From positions 41,726,001 to 41,790,000 of the forward strand of contig OZ260664.1 in the NCBI GenBank assembly GCA_965285935.1: a stretch of 64,000 bases of DNA, given 5' to 3'. Positions 1 through 14,627 of the stretch are shown one piece after another. Position numbers and translations under genes: made by a program. The notes under the pieces were generated by a model that saw only the letters and a list, made by a program, of their open reading frames with translations, ran no database searches and was not told the origin of the DNA. Within the stretch, counting starts at the first letter, position 1; the number at the start of each line of letters is the position of its first letter. Origin of the DNA: Ophelia neglecta (Eukaryota).

Positions 1-1349
1 TGAATACCAAGCAGGCAAATTATTAAATGCCGAAAGTCGTCCGATAAATCGCCCCAAACTCATCAGGAAGGAGCAATCTCCAGCTCCCAAACAAGAAATA
101 AACATGTATCAAAATAAAGCATTCCAAAAGAATATTTGTCAACAGTTTTTCATGATGTGTGTCAGATCTTAAATATCCCCAAGAGAGGCTATGATGGTCT
201 AATCACTCTCATAATTCTTAGAGACTATAGACCAAAGTGAATTATTAAACACAAAAACAAACTGGGGGAGAGTTAGGAGTAAGTCATAAGATTGGGAGGG
301 GGTAGTAACAAGGAAAGGTAAAGAATTGTGTAAGCTCTTGTGTTCGCATGGTTAATTTTCTTATGGTTTGGGGGTGAGAACAAACAGGCAGAGTTACTGT
401 TTGGGTGCAAAGGTTTTAACCTATTGAAATAATTGAAAGGGTTTTTCAGCCATTTTAGCTATTTATTTTACTTCTTAACTATGTTAGATCATTGTAAATT
501 TTTTATTTGCCGACGTAGCATATGATATTTTTATAAAGAGCATAGTAACAAAAGTTCAGCGTTGTCCAAACACATGCAACTTTGAAAAAACGTATAAAAT
601 ATTGAAATATTACTTTGGCGCAATACAAATGATGTTCACTTGAAAAAGTGAATCAGTCACATTTTTAGTTGTGATTTAACACATGCAGCTGCTACATACG
701 ATGTCCTATCAGTATGAAGCCGGGGCACATGGCCCCTAAGATGAGTGAAATAAATTTTACTAATCCAATGCATTCTTGGCTGTTAGGCATTTATAAAATG
801 ATGACAACTCAAAGAACAAGAGCAGGTAAAAAACGATTCAAGAAACATCTATAAACCTTCCTCTTTTTTTTCATGCATATAGTAACCAAATTATTTGTCA
901 TGCTATGTTGGTTATTATTTGTCTTCTGTCTTATAGCTTTTTGCGTGTGAAAGTTCTATGAGCGGTTCATAATTTGTAATAGACGCTTAAGACGTAAATT
1001 ATATTGTCATCATTAGTACTGGCTTTTCTTAACCCAACAGTTAAACGAGCAAAGTCTGTGATATTCTTAGGGAAACTATTAAATCTATATTATCATTACT
1101 GTGCGAGAATTATCCCCATCTTTATGATCTTTATGCATTTTAGTCACACTATTAATGTGAAAATTTGAGTATAGCTATACATAATTTTGATCCATCGGAA
1201 AGTTCCATATGTGGCAAGAGTTAATTCAACATAGTAAGACGGGTCGTTGTTGTCAAAAAATAGTGGCACTAAGTGTTCATCATTATTTATTATGCAACCT
1301 AACAAAATACATTTAAACGAGTCTAATCCGGCCAGTCAAGGAACTGGAA

Positions 1350-1485
1350 AAAGCGACCACATCATGTAGGTGACCTTAAAAGGCAGGTCAGTTAAGACAA
1401 GCATAAATGAGGTCGGGCTACTATTTAGTGACCTTGGTGAACAGGTGACCTTATTACACAGGTGACCACAAACACAAGTGTCACA
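1350..1485. mobile_element. Degenerate non-autonomous DNA-transposon (MITE) remnant with iterated AGGTGACC
   Basis: AGGTGACC recurs at about 1368, 1443 and 1460; similar architecture at 53073-53223 and 57090-57226. Confidence 0.4.
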
Positions 1486-4400
1486 ACAAATTAACAATTT
1501 CTTCCTGATGCCCCCGTCACCCTAAAGGTTCGGCTTACCTGTTCTGGATTGATATTTCCAAAGACAAGACAGGACTACTTTATTAATGTCCCGTTTAACC
1601 TGGAGCAGAGTTCATAACCCTGGGTCGGTAATTTGGACTCCTATGTGTCTTGGGTTGAAATCAGGGAGAAAAGCGCATACTGTAATAACAAAGGCCACTA
1701 GTCTTAAAATATACATCTCTTATGCTGAATATTTCTTTTTAGAAAGAGGCAGTTTACTATTGGAAAATAACACAATCATCCCTTTCGTTACACAGACGTC
1801 AAATTGTTCTTTTTTTATCATACAGATTTGAACATAAAAGGCTGTTTTTCGTTTTAGATCATATATATACAAATAAGAACAACCCAAGCGGCTTTCGATG
1901 TTTTCATTTAGGTATAAACGGTGTACAGACAGCGCATTGTCCGAACCTGTTATTGAACGAAAATAAATTGTCTATGTACTCTTTTTTGTGTAAAAGAATC
2001 CTTAAGATATAATTTACTCGTGTTCACTTCCGTTATTAATTTTCCATGAAATCGTTTACATAAGAGCATATAGGGTCAAATCTGAGACAAAAGTGAACGC
2101 ATTCTTCAAGCATTTTTAACCGAACCGTTTGCCGAAACGGTCCCAACGGAGTGTGATATACCAGAAGAAATATATTTTCAGGTAGGAATATGCCGATTAT
2201 TGATTCGCAATGCTTTCCTCTTCCCGCTACCCACAGTTAACAGCATCCAGATTGTGAAGAAAAGTGAGTGGGGTGGATACGATACCTAGTGGACAATCCA
2301 CAACCATTAATGCGTAAATATCTTTAAATCTTGCCAAAATCATCATGAACCATCCGCTGTAGGCCTTCAAATAATATCAACTCCCAGTTCCATAATTTCG
2401 AGCAAGATTGAAGAGAAATGAAAACAAAGTACCTCGTGCTATGGTCAGAAGGGGGTCAGAACCATATCCTCGGTATCCGCGCTTCTCTGAGACACCTATA
2501 AATCAAATGGAGCGCAGTGCTAGGTAAACAATACTTACTCTCGAGATTTATAAAAGGAACCTAATAATCATAGGCTCTCCTAGTGGATGATTATGTTAAC
2601 CACTGCTTTTTACTTGGACTCAATTTTTTTGATAGGCTCGACAGACAGTCAACATTCACTATTGACAGGACTCTCAAACAGTCAACGGTGGTCATCTGGC
2701 AGCCGAAAGGTGCCTTCCGTCACATACTTGGACACCTAAATTTATAGACCTACTATTATTTTTATTTCTTTTAACAACTGCTAACTGTATTTAACTCTTA
2801 ACATTATTTATTTATTATTTGAATTTCTTTATCCGGCAGTCCAATTAGTTTACAACTGTTATCCTCATTGGGAGCACAGCCGACAATGTACACGTGAGAG
2901 GAATTTAATAAATATGTATTTAGAGTATTTGCAATATTGACAGTATATACAATATGTTCTTACCACGGGTAACTTAAAAATTCACCATTTACTTAAAGCA
3001 TTTGGCTTTTACAACTGATTATAGGAATGTCCACACATTTGATGTTTATTATAGAAGTGACTATGTATCTATCATTTACCGCGGCGAGTGAATCCAATTT
3101 ATAAACGTCCGCTACGTTCCACGATATCACTTATGAAATATATTCATTGCTGAATGTGACAACATGCATCGCGGTTGTATCGGGTAGAGGTAGTAGCTTC
3201 TCTATCTGAGGATGTTTGCGGGAACAGACCCTGAGATCCCTTCAAATAATGTTTTCTACTATTACTGGAAAGGGAAGTAGAACTATTTCGTAAAGGATCT
3301 ATTTAGCTGTAGGCCTACGGTAACACAAGTTTAAGTTATCACAGCCTTAATAATATCCGTAGCGTTGAACAATTAAGTAGCATCACCCTATTACAAATGA
3401 GACATTCTATGGAATAAATTTCTTTTGTGCCTAGTTATTGAATAATGAATGAGGAAAATGGACTGACATTTAATGGAGTCCAGGATATCCGATAGGCCGC
3501 CTGCATACCTCCCGTCCCCTCCCCCCCCCCCCCCCGTCCTCAATGGGGTTATATTAATGAAGCATTATATTGCAGGTGATTTTATGCCAGACTGACATTC
3601 TGTCTAATTGAATCGAGTCACAAATCAACTGGCTAGTCAGTGTCAAAGATCATGACTCCTACCTCTTTTCTTGTGTGCTCTGGGTGATGGATGAGATCAT
3701 TTACTACGGAGTTTTGCGATGGGATGCAGGTGTTTATGTTGCTGGTAATACTGCATGTCTTGAGAAAACAGTCAAAATATTGGACATCCTACGAAAAAAA
3801 AAAACATTGTTTACTGCCTGCATGAATTACGGTGGTGTATTTAACTGTTGGTTTTTCTGTCATAAAAACATTCAACAATTAATGCAACGGCTGAAAAACC
3901 GTCAGAGGTGAACTATTGAAATAACTAACATAGTTACACAAATATGCTTTTAACTAGAATAAATTAGCGACTTGAATTTTGGCGAAAATTGCCGCAGGAT
4001 ATTTTGGCGCCAAATATGTTTGGCAGTAAAGGGAAGTCGAACCGAAGCTATGCAATATATTTTAATTTGGCGCCGGAAAAGTCGGGGCCCAATTCCCCTT
4101 CTCCTATCTCGTCCCTTTATTCTACAAGCCAACATTTTCTGGGACACTGTATGATATTCATGTCCAAAGCGCAATAGGATCACGTCCTTTCTGCAGCGAA
4201 AGGACGTGCCATGGTATGTATATACCCTGCCGACAAATTGGAAATATCTATCGACCGGTCCATTATTGCTTATCTCCATCTATCTGGTAAGGTAAGGTCC
4301 GATGTGGTGTCAAGATGTCACTAGAACTGACACATCTTGTAATTAAATCATTACACGCTGCCTGCCTTCATTGTATCGGGGGGTCACAATCACGGAGTCC

Positions 4401-6589
4401 AATCTTAGTATCTCGGAGCTAGGCGGCCAACCAGACCAGACGGCCTTATCCGGCAAGTTTTCTGATAGACATCTCGGCCCCTAGAAAAACATTTTATTAA
4501 ACGAGTTAACTTGATATGGTGAGAACTACAAAGACCAGACTGGATCACTTTACCTGTCACAGGTGATCTAACTATCCTTTTAGAACATCTTGTAGATGTC
4601 TGCCAGTTGATTGTAAGAGTTATGTTTGCACCCGCGCTGAATTCAAAACATTAAACACAATTTGACATTACAAATATCTCTTCAAATATTTATGCTTACA
4701 TTTTTTTCGAATTTAAAGTAAATAAACCATACTTGACAATGCCTGGGGAACAAATTGCCATGGAGTAAACTAAATGACATTATTCATCACATTTCAGAAC
4801 CTTTGTCAACCGCACGTCCTTATATTTTGGTTAGGTCTCATTGGCATTTTTTTGAGGCAGGGAAAGCCGATAAAGGATCTGTCCTTTCAAGAAAACAGAC
4901 AATGGGCGTATTCTTCTTCTGGCAAAAAGCATAATTCCGAGCATCACATATTTCAAGGCTAAACTACTAATTGTTAATTAACGTGATCATTAACATAGAT
5001 GTAAAGCTCTCCTTTAACATTTGCTTATTGTAACTTCTGAAAAAAGGTTAAATAAACAGCTGCAGTGTGTGATCCTTATTTTTTAGGCTAGCCATAATTC
5101 ATATAAATGTGATCACCCAACATTTACCAATTAGAAACGCATAGGCGAGTATAATTTGAAGTGGAATGGGACAGGACGCCTGACAGTATAGGAACGATCG
5201 CCAGACGTCGACGGGCGACAGGTTTAAAACGACAGATTACAAAATGGCTACAAACTTACAGTAATCATATAATATAATTCATAATGACCGCTAGAACTCC
5301 AAGGTATGGCGTCTCACCTCTACGGCAGACGTTATTATGAATAGGGACTGATTCAGCTTGAAGGCGGCGCTATGCCGGTGTTCATGCTATACGATGTATG
5401 CAAGGAAACGAGTTTCCATCCTCAATAGACCAGAGCTCAATTAGAAATTGATAATAAAAATACTTATTGAATTATTAAAAATAATCCTCGCATGTGGCTT
5501 AGGAATATAGTCACAAAGAAGGTAATAACCCTTTGAAAGTTTACCCTACACTCGTTGATTAATCTGGGCATTGCGATCAAAGAGCCAGGCCTCAAGTCAA
5601 AACTGAAAAATATACTTCTCGGCTAACTGTTCTGATTATAAGATTTCTTTCCCGCCATAAAGCGTAATAAATGACAGATAAAGTTCGCACAAAAAGCTCT
5701 ATTCTTAATGTCCCTAACGGTGCTGGCGAAGGTGACATGATCAGAGGATGTTTTCTGGGAGCGATTCCTGAAGAATGTGATATATTTTATCAAAGCTGGC
5801 TATAATCAATTTGGAGTTTTATAATCTCACTTAAACTGCGATTTATGTTTGACTGCAATTATAATGTGGCGTATGCTATATACTAACAGCTGGAGAACGC
5901 ACTGATACTCTCTGTTTTGTAACACGTTTAACGCCGGTACATTTATACACACATGTTTGGCTCAAGCCTCTACTTTTCCGAATAGGTATACTAAGCAGAA
6001 ACAGGAATGATAACTAATATTATTATAATGCCACTGATAAAATTTATAAAAATTAAGATGTCGGACCGACATTAGAAGGTAGAGTAAAAGTGTCCTTAAT
6101 CTTAGTCGATAAAAAGCACAAGTAGGGGTGCGGTCGGGGTGGAGCTGGAGGGGTGTGCTCCAGCAAGTTGTAGGTCAGAGGAACAATCATTGGTAGGGCT
6201 GGATAGGCGAGGTATTCCCTGAGCTATTTGGCGGTCAAAAAAAAACACCAAACAGTCTTAGGAAATGTGGAAGAGGGTGTCTTGGCCAAGTGGTCAATCA
6301 GCAAATAAACGAGCACTATGAGATACATTGGAAGAGGGTGTCCTAAATCAAGTGGTGAGTTAGAGATAACGGTGGGGATGGAATTTCCCTCACCAATTGG
6401 TTGATCAGATCAATGGTGGAGGGTTTGATAGGAGTGCATTTAGGTATTCAAAGCTAGGAAAATCCAACGGTTTGTGTATTACAGGGAGAGAAGTAGATAT
6501 ATTCAATCAGCGGATCTTTAGAAGTACACAGCAGTATTGCTGATGGTGCTGGTGGATGCCGTTCACAATTGTGCTATCAAATATATGGG

Positions 6590-6825
6590 TCATCACATTT
6601 CTTTGCCCATCAGAAGGGTCTAATTTTAGCTTTCGTACAAAAAGGGTACATTTTTCGAAAAAACTATATCAAAATGGTGTCGTTTTTGAAAAATATCTAT
6701 CAATTATGTACATTTTTCGAAAATTTCTATCAAATGGATACCGTTTTTAAGGAATTTCTCCATAGTAATAATCCCCATTTTCAAAGCTGCGTGGAGCATC
6801 CCCGCTCTAAAATAAGGCAAGTATG
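6590..6825. repeat. Degenerate approximately 33-bp tandem repeat, probably internal to a non-autonomous element
   Basis: TACATTTTTCGAAAA..CTATCAAA recurs 3-4 times between 6648 and 6760. Confidence 0.45.
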
Positions 6826-9800
6826 AAAACACCAGTTTATAAGAGTTGATGGCAGCGTAGACAAGAGTGTCATAATCAGGGTACAGTATTAACTCCTCCA
6901 AAAGGGGTTAGACAAAATAAAAACCACTTTGACGGGAGGTGGGTGTCATTTACTTGATCAAGTGGCCGGTCAGAAATGGGTGGGGATTTTATTCTTCAAG
7001 CAGCCGGTGAGAAGCCCGCTAGTCGGCCTGTGAGAGCGGGTGTGTGAGGGTGTCCTCCTTCAGGTGGACGGTCAGTTAAAGACACCAGTATGAGGGAGTG
7101 TGTGTATGAGAGTGCCCAAGACACTGTTCCCATTGACGCCAGCCATTTCCTCGTGTACACAGCCCTCATCACCTGCCTCCATTTGCCGGGTACATACTTC
7201 CCTTTATCTCGGTCCACGCGTTTTGTTTACCTCACAAGCAAAGGCTTCCCGCCGCTTGATCTCCAAGAAACGGTGTTTTGTGGAAAGTTAATCGACAAAT
7301 AAAAGATGACGCGAGGCGGCACATGAAAACTTTACCGTTCTCTTTGTGTGTTTTATGAACTGATGTAGTCACACGGTCTTTGATGCAGTCACCATTATTC
7401 TCTTCTCATCTGAACCCTGCTAATATTTATTTTAATTATTTGAACTTGGTTTGGCACGATGCTGTCGAGGGATAATACTTTCCGATCTATTGAGGTACCA
7501 ATTCCGCCATCATTGTTCAATTTAAATGTCGACTGAATGCAGGGAAATGGGTGGAAGTTAAACGGAATGAAACTTTAATTTCAAAACATGAAAGAAAGCT
7601 AAAAAGGTATCTGATGTTTCCTGTCAACCAGTATGTTTTCATGCCAATTTATTGACTTTATTCACAGTCTAAGTTTGAAGGCATAACAATTCCTTTTTTT
7701 TCTAAAGTATTTTTTTTTGGAAGAATTGCAAGGTAAAGACAAAGTATATATTGTTTGAAAAAACTGCCCTAGTTCAAGGAATTTTAATTATTATTGGAGT
7801 GAATTTGATTGGAACTGTACGCATACATGTTTGTACAGAATTTCAGGAGAAGATACGTCACACAGCTGATTGAACCATCTCCTTACAGCGTACAATCATG
7901 ATATTGTAGCATATTTGTGCCTGCCTCATCTAATTGCTTGCCATCATGGAGAATTTTTTTTAAATTCATCAACAAGAGCTACTGATTTATTTAATGTGTC
8001 AACGTCTTGCACATGTTCCCCTAGATCATGTACAGTTCAAAATAAAGATGGTATTTTTAAAATGCATTCGTTCCTTTTGTATTTGATTTATAAAATGGCA
8101 ATAAAGACTTAACGGGTGGCGTCCTTGGTTTTCATAATATTTGTGTACTATAATGTGTCTAGTTAAACTTTGTTAAACTTAAACACTTATTTTACTCGAT
8201 TTGTCCAAACATCTTCGTTTAGCAAAAGGGAGGGTTGGTCTATGCCAAACTCTTTATGGTGTGAACTTTTGTTCGTGCGTGGTTTTCGCTACCCCCCCCC
8301 CCTCTCCCCCCAACCCACCCCCCACTGAGAATTAAGCCGTTTCAAATTCAGAGTGTATCACCTGTGCCGTGTCTTTTAACTAGGCTGATTGCCTCATCGT
8401 CGTCAAAAGAAATGTGAATGACATCAAGTTTTCTAAAGTCTGGTTATCTTATAATTGGTGTCGCCGTATTGTAGAATTATTTGAGTCTTTTGATATTAAA
8501 CATTATAAAGTTGTATATAATTATACATAGTTTGAAAGGTACATGAATTAATTTAAGAATGCGCGGCAAAAAGAAGTTGGTTTCATTGTGAAGTTGGTGT
8601 GCCATTGCCAATACTAAGATTATTTCAGTCTTTGGCGATGAATGGTTTCTAATTAATATAAACAATGAGATATAGTTTAGGTAGAACGAACTGGTACTTA
8701 CTGTCCCATCGAAGAATATCATTCAATTATTTTGGTAAAGGCCGGAAAAAAACTTGTTATTAATAGACCTATAATGGCATCAAATGAAATGGTTTCATTC
8801 ATATGTTTTCCAGTATTTATCCGAATGTTAAAGAATTAGGATGTATTGAACCCATACTTTCACAATGGCTAATAATGTGTTTTGGAAAATAAGGTCTAAT
8901 TTTTTACTTGGATGGCAGTTCACATGATTTTATTCAAAGTTAGGCCCAGTAGTTTTCCAGTTGAATGATTTTCTGTTTTATCCCATCCTCAACCAGGAGT
9001 AATTATCCTGTCTAAGATAAACAGTGCATTTCACAGGGAATAGAAGAAAAAAGCTTTTGTCACTAGCCATACATGCTTTTTTTTTTACTAAAACGTAACC
9101 CTCATGGACAGAAAATGTATGGGAATTGAAATTTTTCGGCAGTTGATAATATTGTTTTGATGCGGAGCAGATGCTTTGAGACTTGGAACCTAACTTTAAC
9201 AAAAAGTAAATGGTCCTTGGCGGTTTTAATAAATTGTACCCGCTACAATTAAAAGCAGATTAGTCAAACCATAATCCTGATATGCTAATATCAAATACCG
9301 GTAATATTGTATAGAGTACACCATTTAAGTAATGAAAAAGAATGGAGCTTGTCTACTATTTAAAAGCTACACAACCATCTCATTACCATGATACAGATCT
9401 TACCCAAGAAATTTATGGCCATTATCGAAGATATAAATGTTTGACAATTGTGAACAAACTTATTTAGTGGAATAACGCTCATAAAACGTATTGCGATCGC
9501 TATCAACTGAAGACAGCCATTATTAAGACATTTAAATCCGGGTGACTTATACCCAGAAGTTACTTATGTTCCCTGTCAGTTTGTCGAGCTCTAATGTGGA
9601 AGCCACACCTGTCACTATTAAGCTGGTTTACGTGTTCCAACTTTACGGCCATTTCAGGGGTTTGGTTACCAAAAGGCAAATGTTAAACTACCAGCTTTTA
9701 CAGTCGTTTGGTTTCTCTTACCACTGCACCATATTTAAATTGTCAGGTGCTGCAAGTCAGTGGCAATAAAGACTTGGTAGCTCAATGCCGGAGTACATAA

Positions 9801-12800
9801 AAGGCCATATTGGGTCAATAGAAAGTTTAGAATTAAATGAACTTTTGTCACGACAAGCCGCTCGGAGGGTAACCCTAGAATACTGTGGCCGATAGGGTTG
9901 TCACCCTCCCCTTGTCCGCCGGTGTATTAAACACCACGTATATGAAGAAGAGTTAACAACTTGGATGAACTATCCGCCCGAAACAATTCATCACACATTG
10001 ACATTGTCAGTGTAAATCAAAATTAAGTGAATTTCCCACGGGAATAGCAATAGCCTTGGGCAAGAGTACGACTTCATCAATTACTGGCGTATCATTAGAT
10101 GAGGCACGCTCGTTCTAAGTAAGATCCCGAACATCCGAGACGCATCGCCATAGAACACGTGTTGATTTTACATGGAAGTTCTTAAGGCCCAGTCTGAGTT
10201 AGGTGAGAATAGTGTCAATTTCTCATTGACATTCCAAATTAGTTGTATAAACGCCCATATTAATTGGCTGTATCTGTTACATCAATTTCTGTCCAGATAT
10301 TGTCAGTCGATGCCAAGAGCATGCGGGCCTTGTGACGGACATGGCTTACTGACACAATAACGACAAACAGATCTAGGCCCTACCTAGACCTATAGGCCGT
10401 ACTGCTGTAAACACCTGCTGATTATCATATGTCACCGAAAGAGCTACCCGGAGTGTTGGACAGCTATAAAGTGATACGAAATTGATCATTATCTAATAGC
10501 TCATAGAGACAATAGTTTTCGGAGCTGCATTCAGCTAAGCTATGGCATTTTATTGCACTAATGTATTTGTATTGTGATACTTTCAGAATTTAAACCTGCG
10601 CTTTATAACGTGATCAAGTTGTGGGAACGAACGATTTCTATCAGCAAAAAGGTCAATATCATTAAGTGCCAGTCGACTGTCTTCTGGGTTAGATAGCTTA
10701 ATATTATAGTAAATTACATGTTGGACAAGTAAACGCATGAAGAATCTTGGACGGCCATTTTTTGGTGACTTTTCATTTTAAAGATATTAATTAGATCCGA
10801 GTAAACAACACACGTAAGATTGTAACCATCAGTCTCTAGCATATGTCCTTATGTCTGATCAATCCTCTATTTGTGACATGACCAATACGGTCAGCTCCAA
10901 TGACAAGCCACAAATATGTCTTCCGTATTATAAAGACTGATCCGGCTAAATAAGGCGTAATGTAATTGGTCATTGTTGGTAAATGTTGGGTACTTAAGTT
11001 AATTCAGAAATGAATTGATAGGCCTAATAAATAAATGAACAACCTTTCATTATGCGTTATTTTAATCATGCCAATCAGACATAGGCCTACTTATGGTGTA
11101 TATGTGTATAACTACAGTATTCATCTATTATTTCCAACCTTGATATTGGCTGCAGAGAATAGAAATCAGGTAGCTAACGTTACTACTAGAGCTTTTGTCT
11201 ATTCGAAAAATACATGCATGTGCGAAGAAGGTTACTTAAGGCGGCAAGTTAGGCCGCCGAATGTAAGGTGAGACGAGGTCTCAGCAGCTGACGAACTGTT
11301 TGAGTCAATTTACTGATCTGTATGATACGGGGAAAAAGTGAAAAAGCCGACATGCGCCTAGCACATGCCTTGGTCCCAATCAATATCAAAGACAATGTTA
11401 CTGTATAAAATCCGGGCTCAATCGATGGCTCGGTGTTTGAGTTGGCTGCCGACACTGCCGACAGTGTTGACTCAGACAATCACAACTGCTGGCGAGACTG
11501 TTTCTTCTCAGGGTGGGTAACCTGATCGAAACCTGTTGATTCGAAATCAATCCACCTCGCTCTCTGATCTTCCTATCGATTCATTACCGATCGATCGTCT
11601 CGGATCAATCACTCAAAGATGAGTAGACGACGCATATTCAAATGGGGACTGTCCGTTACCTTAATCAATCAGCTCAGTAAATATTATTTTTGTATCAAAA
11701 CATGTTTTTGAGTCTAGGTGTCATGGACGTTTTAATCACAGTTTGCGCATGGAGTGATGCTGCCTATTGTACCGCGTGCACAGAGATCTGGCGGATAGAA
11801 CCGCACAGCAACCAGTCCTTAAATGAGAAATTTACTGTCTAACTTGGGTAATTAATCTAAACTGACGAATGATATGCCAATATATATAAAGATAAAAAAG
11901 CTTGCGAAAAAAAACACCCCAATTAACAATTAAATCCTTATAAAAATCAGTTTAATATGTTACCCTCGTATTTTTTGAGTCGTTTATAGCATGCACTACC
12001 TTTTATATGTCTGAACCGCCTTATGTTTGTTTTTGCTTGATAACATATAAAAAAATGTTCTCGTGTCACTTGTAAACTAAGACAAGGCCAGTCGTACCAG
12101 TCTACCCCATCAATTTACTGGTTGCCGTCTGGTACACGCCAACTTATTGAAACAATAACCTGCTTGGTGAAGAGGGTGGTAGACCTCGAGTGCTACATAT
12201 ATTTGAATAACATAATGATTGAATTTTTGATTAGATTCATATAACGAAAGAATATGAATAAAATTAACAAAGGTTGACATGTGGTAGAGGGGGCTTTTCA
12301 GAAACAAAAGAACTGAACATGGTTAGTGTATCGGTTGGATTCAACAGGTGTCCAGAGAACAAGAGCAGATAATATAACAGGGCAGGTGGAAGAGGGGAAA
12401 TTGTATGCCTCGTGTTGGGCACCTTGCTTCATGATTTATTTAACTATCTAATGTAGTCACGTAATAAAAACATGATACAGTATAAGGAGGTGCCAATATG
12501 ACAAGTATGAGTCACAAATGAACTCCCATATCAATCAGCTCAAAAACACAAAGCGGCAACCAGTAGCAATTACTGAATCATGTGACAGGAAAGGGCCATG
12601 AAATTTTGACGGGTTGTAGTTCCTTCACCGATCATCGTGGTGGTCCTAAAACAGCTTTTATGGGTCCTAAAAGGTACAACGCGGGGCTTTATGAACAAAA
12701 GCTTAATAGTGCATGGTTTTAATACAGATTTTAATTATCACAGCAGGTGTACCAAGAACATTAGAAGATTATATGTTTATTATAAATAGGCCTAGGCCTA

Positions 12801-14425
12801 TTCACTCACGCTGAAACGTTTCACTGGTTCACCATGATTTTATCATTCATGGTCTCCTGATAATATATTTGCATTAACATAATTATATCTGGGAGACTTC
12901 AGAATCATATTTTTAATACCTTGACTATAGTCCCAGAGTTTAATACCATGAAATTCTAAATAAGATCCCTCGCCATCAAGGTTTTCCATACATAGCATAC
13001 TACATGTGTTGACATATACAGGTGAACCCTGCTTCTGATTTCACATGGATGAGATGCTATGGGGCCTATAAGAAAAGCACATACACCATTTATATAAAAA
13101 GAAATACAAGGAATGTGATTATTCATCGCTTACTCAGTCTGGTATATTTAACCATTTATCACAATCAAACAAATATGAGATGTCGGAGGTCTAAAAGAAA
13201 GGTAAACAGATTTTTTTGGCGTAATGAGCTGTCTACATTTTATCCATCAGGGCACCAGAAGACTGTACCGAAATAATAAATAATTTTGAATCGGACAATT
13301 CTTGATACACTTCTTCGCTATTTAATCCAAAACAGTGTTTCTAAATTAAAATTTGATATTCGTATTTATTCCCTGTTTTATAACAGCCGAGTTAATTAGC
13401 ATTAATTTGATTATACAATTGTAACGACAAATTGATTTTTTATTTTACAAATGAACATTAGACATTTACTTCCCTTTTGTTATATGCATTGAAAGTTGGA
13501 AACAAATCATTAACTGACCGATTCCATCGCGGCACTCGGGTGATGATATATTGCATCCTTCGCCGACTAAGTGAACGAAGCATGTCATTAACGTAAAGCA
13601 AAAAAAAACTGGTCACAATATTTGGCCTTGTTGGACTCCAAACGATAAATTAATTTATAGAAAATTACCATTTAAAAAAAGCCTTTGCAATTATCTATGT
13701 TCAAATTCTGTACAATTATAATTGGGCCCGGAAGTTTTATCTGAATAATGACATTAATGCAACTATATTGTAAACTTGGCACGAGAATGGTCTTTACAGA
13801 TAAAGACTAAACATTCAGCGAATTAATTAAGATCATACAGTTAAAGCTAAAAAACGCTTCCAGCCTTTGAGCAGCAAACTTCCCTTTCTTGGGTAGCCTA
13901 GACATTCAAATTTTAAATTGGTCGGATCAGCATATTTTTTGCTTAGCACGCAATTAACCTGTGACATCAATATGATAGGCAAGCCATTTCCCTGCCAAGC
14001 ATCACACTGAATATAAGGGGCCAGCAGCTATATGGATGAACCAACTTTAGCTCTTTATTCAAAGTTAAAGACATTAATATCACCAAGCATATGTGTATTT
14101 TGAGAGGGAGCGTCATGTGATGGTCAGAGCAAGATAAACTTCTGGTTAACAGCTTATGCAGATATATGCAGATCGAAGCATGTGTTCTTACATGTCTACA
14201 AAAATCTTCTTTAAATATAAGTGCAGATTTGGTGATCCGTAAGAATTTGTTGAACATCAAGATTTAACAGATACGATAATATAATTTTAGTCCCAAATAG
14301 GCCTATATGGCACCTTAGATAAGGCATTTTTCGTTCTCTCCTTCATTTCCCATTGAATCTGGTGTCATAGAACAAGTACAGCGCGATATGTAAGAACCAG
14401 AGTGCAGCCTTGGCCTGGCCTTAAA

Positions 14426-14627
14426 GGGGCGGAGCCAATGGATTGCTTGCTGTCACACACAGGCAGGCCGACTGAACACACGCTACCAGTGCGCGGCAAG
14501 TTTTCCTGCTCGTCAGTTGTTCCTATACCAAAAACACCAAATTTATATTGACACCGACATTAAGCGGAAAACTACGTTCGTTTTGCTGTTCTTCCTCTAC
14601 CGTTGTAAACAAATGGAGGCAGTAAGT
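14426..14627 (+). promoter_or_regulatory. Candidate orphan Pol II promoter and short first exon
   Basis: GC box GGGGCGGAGC (14426), CCAAT (14435), Inr-like TCAGTT (14513), first ATG at 14613 then GAG GCA|GTAAGT donor at 14622. Confidence 0.45.

Noticed and set aside
12080-12420. Possible decayed LINE ORF2 C-terminus on the minus strand
   Set aside because: Resemblance is too weak to support without a profile search.
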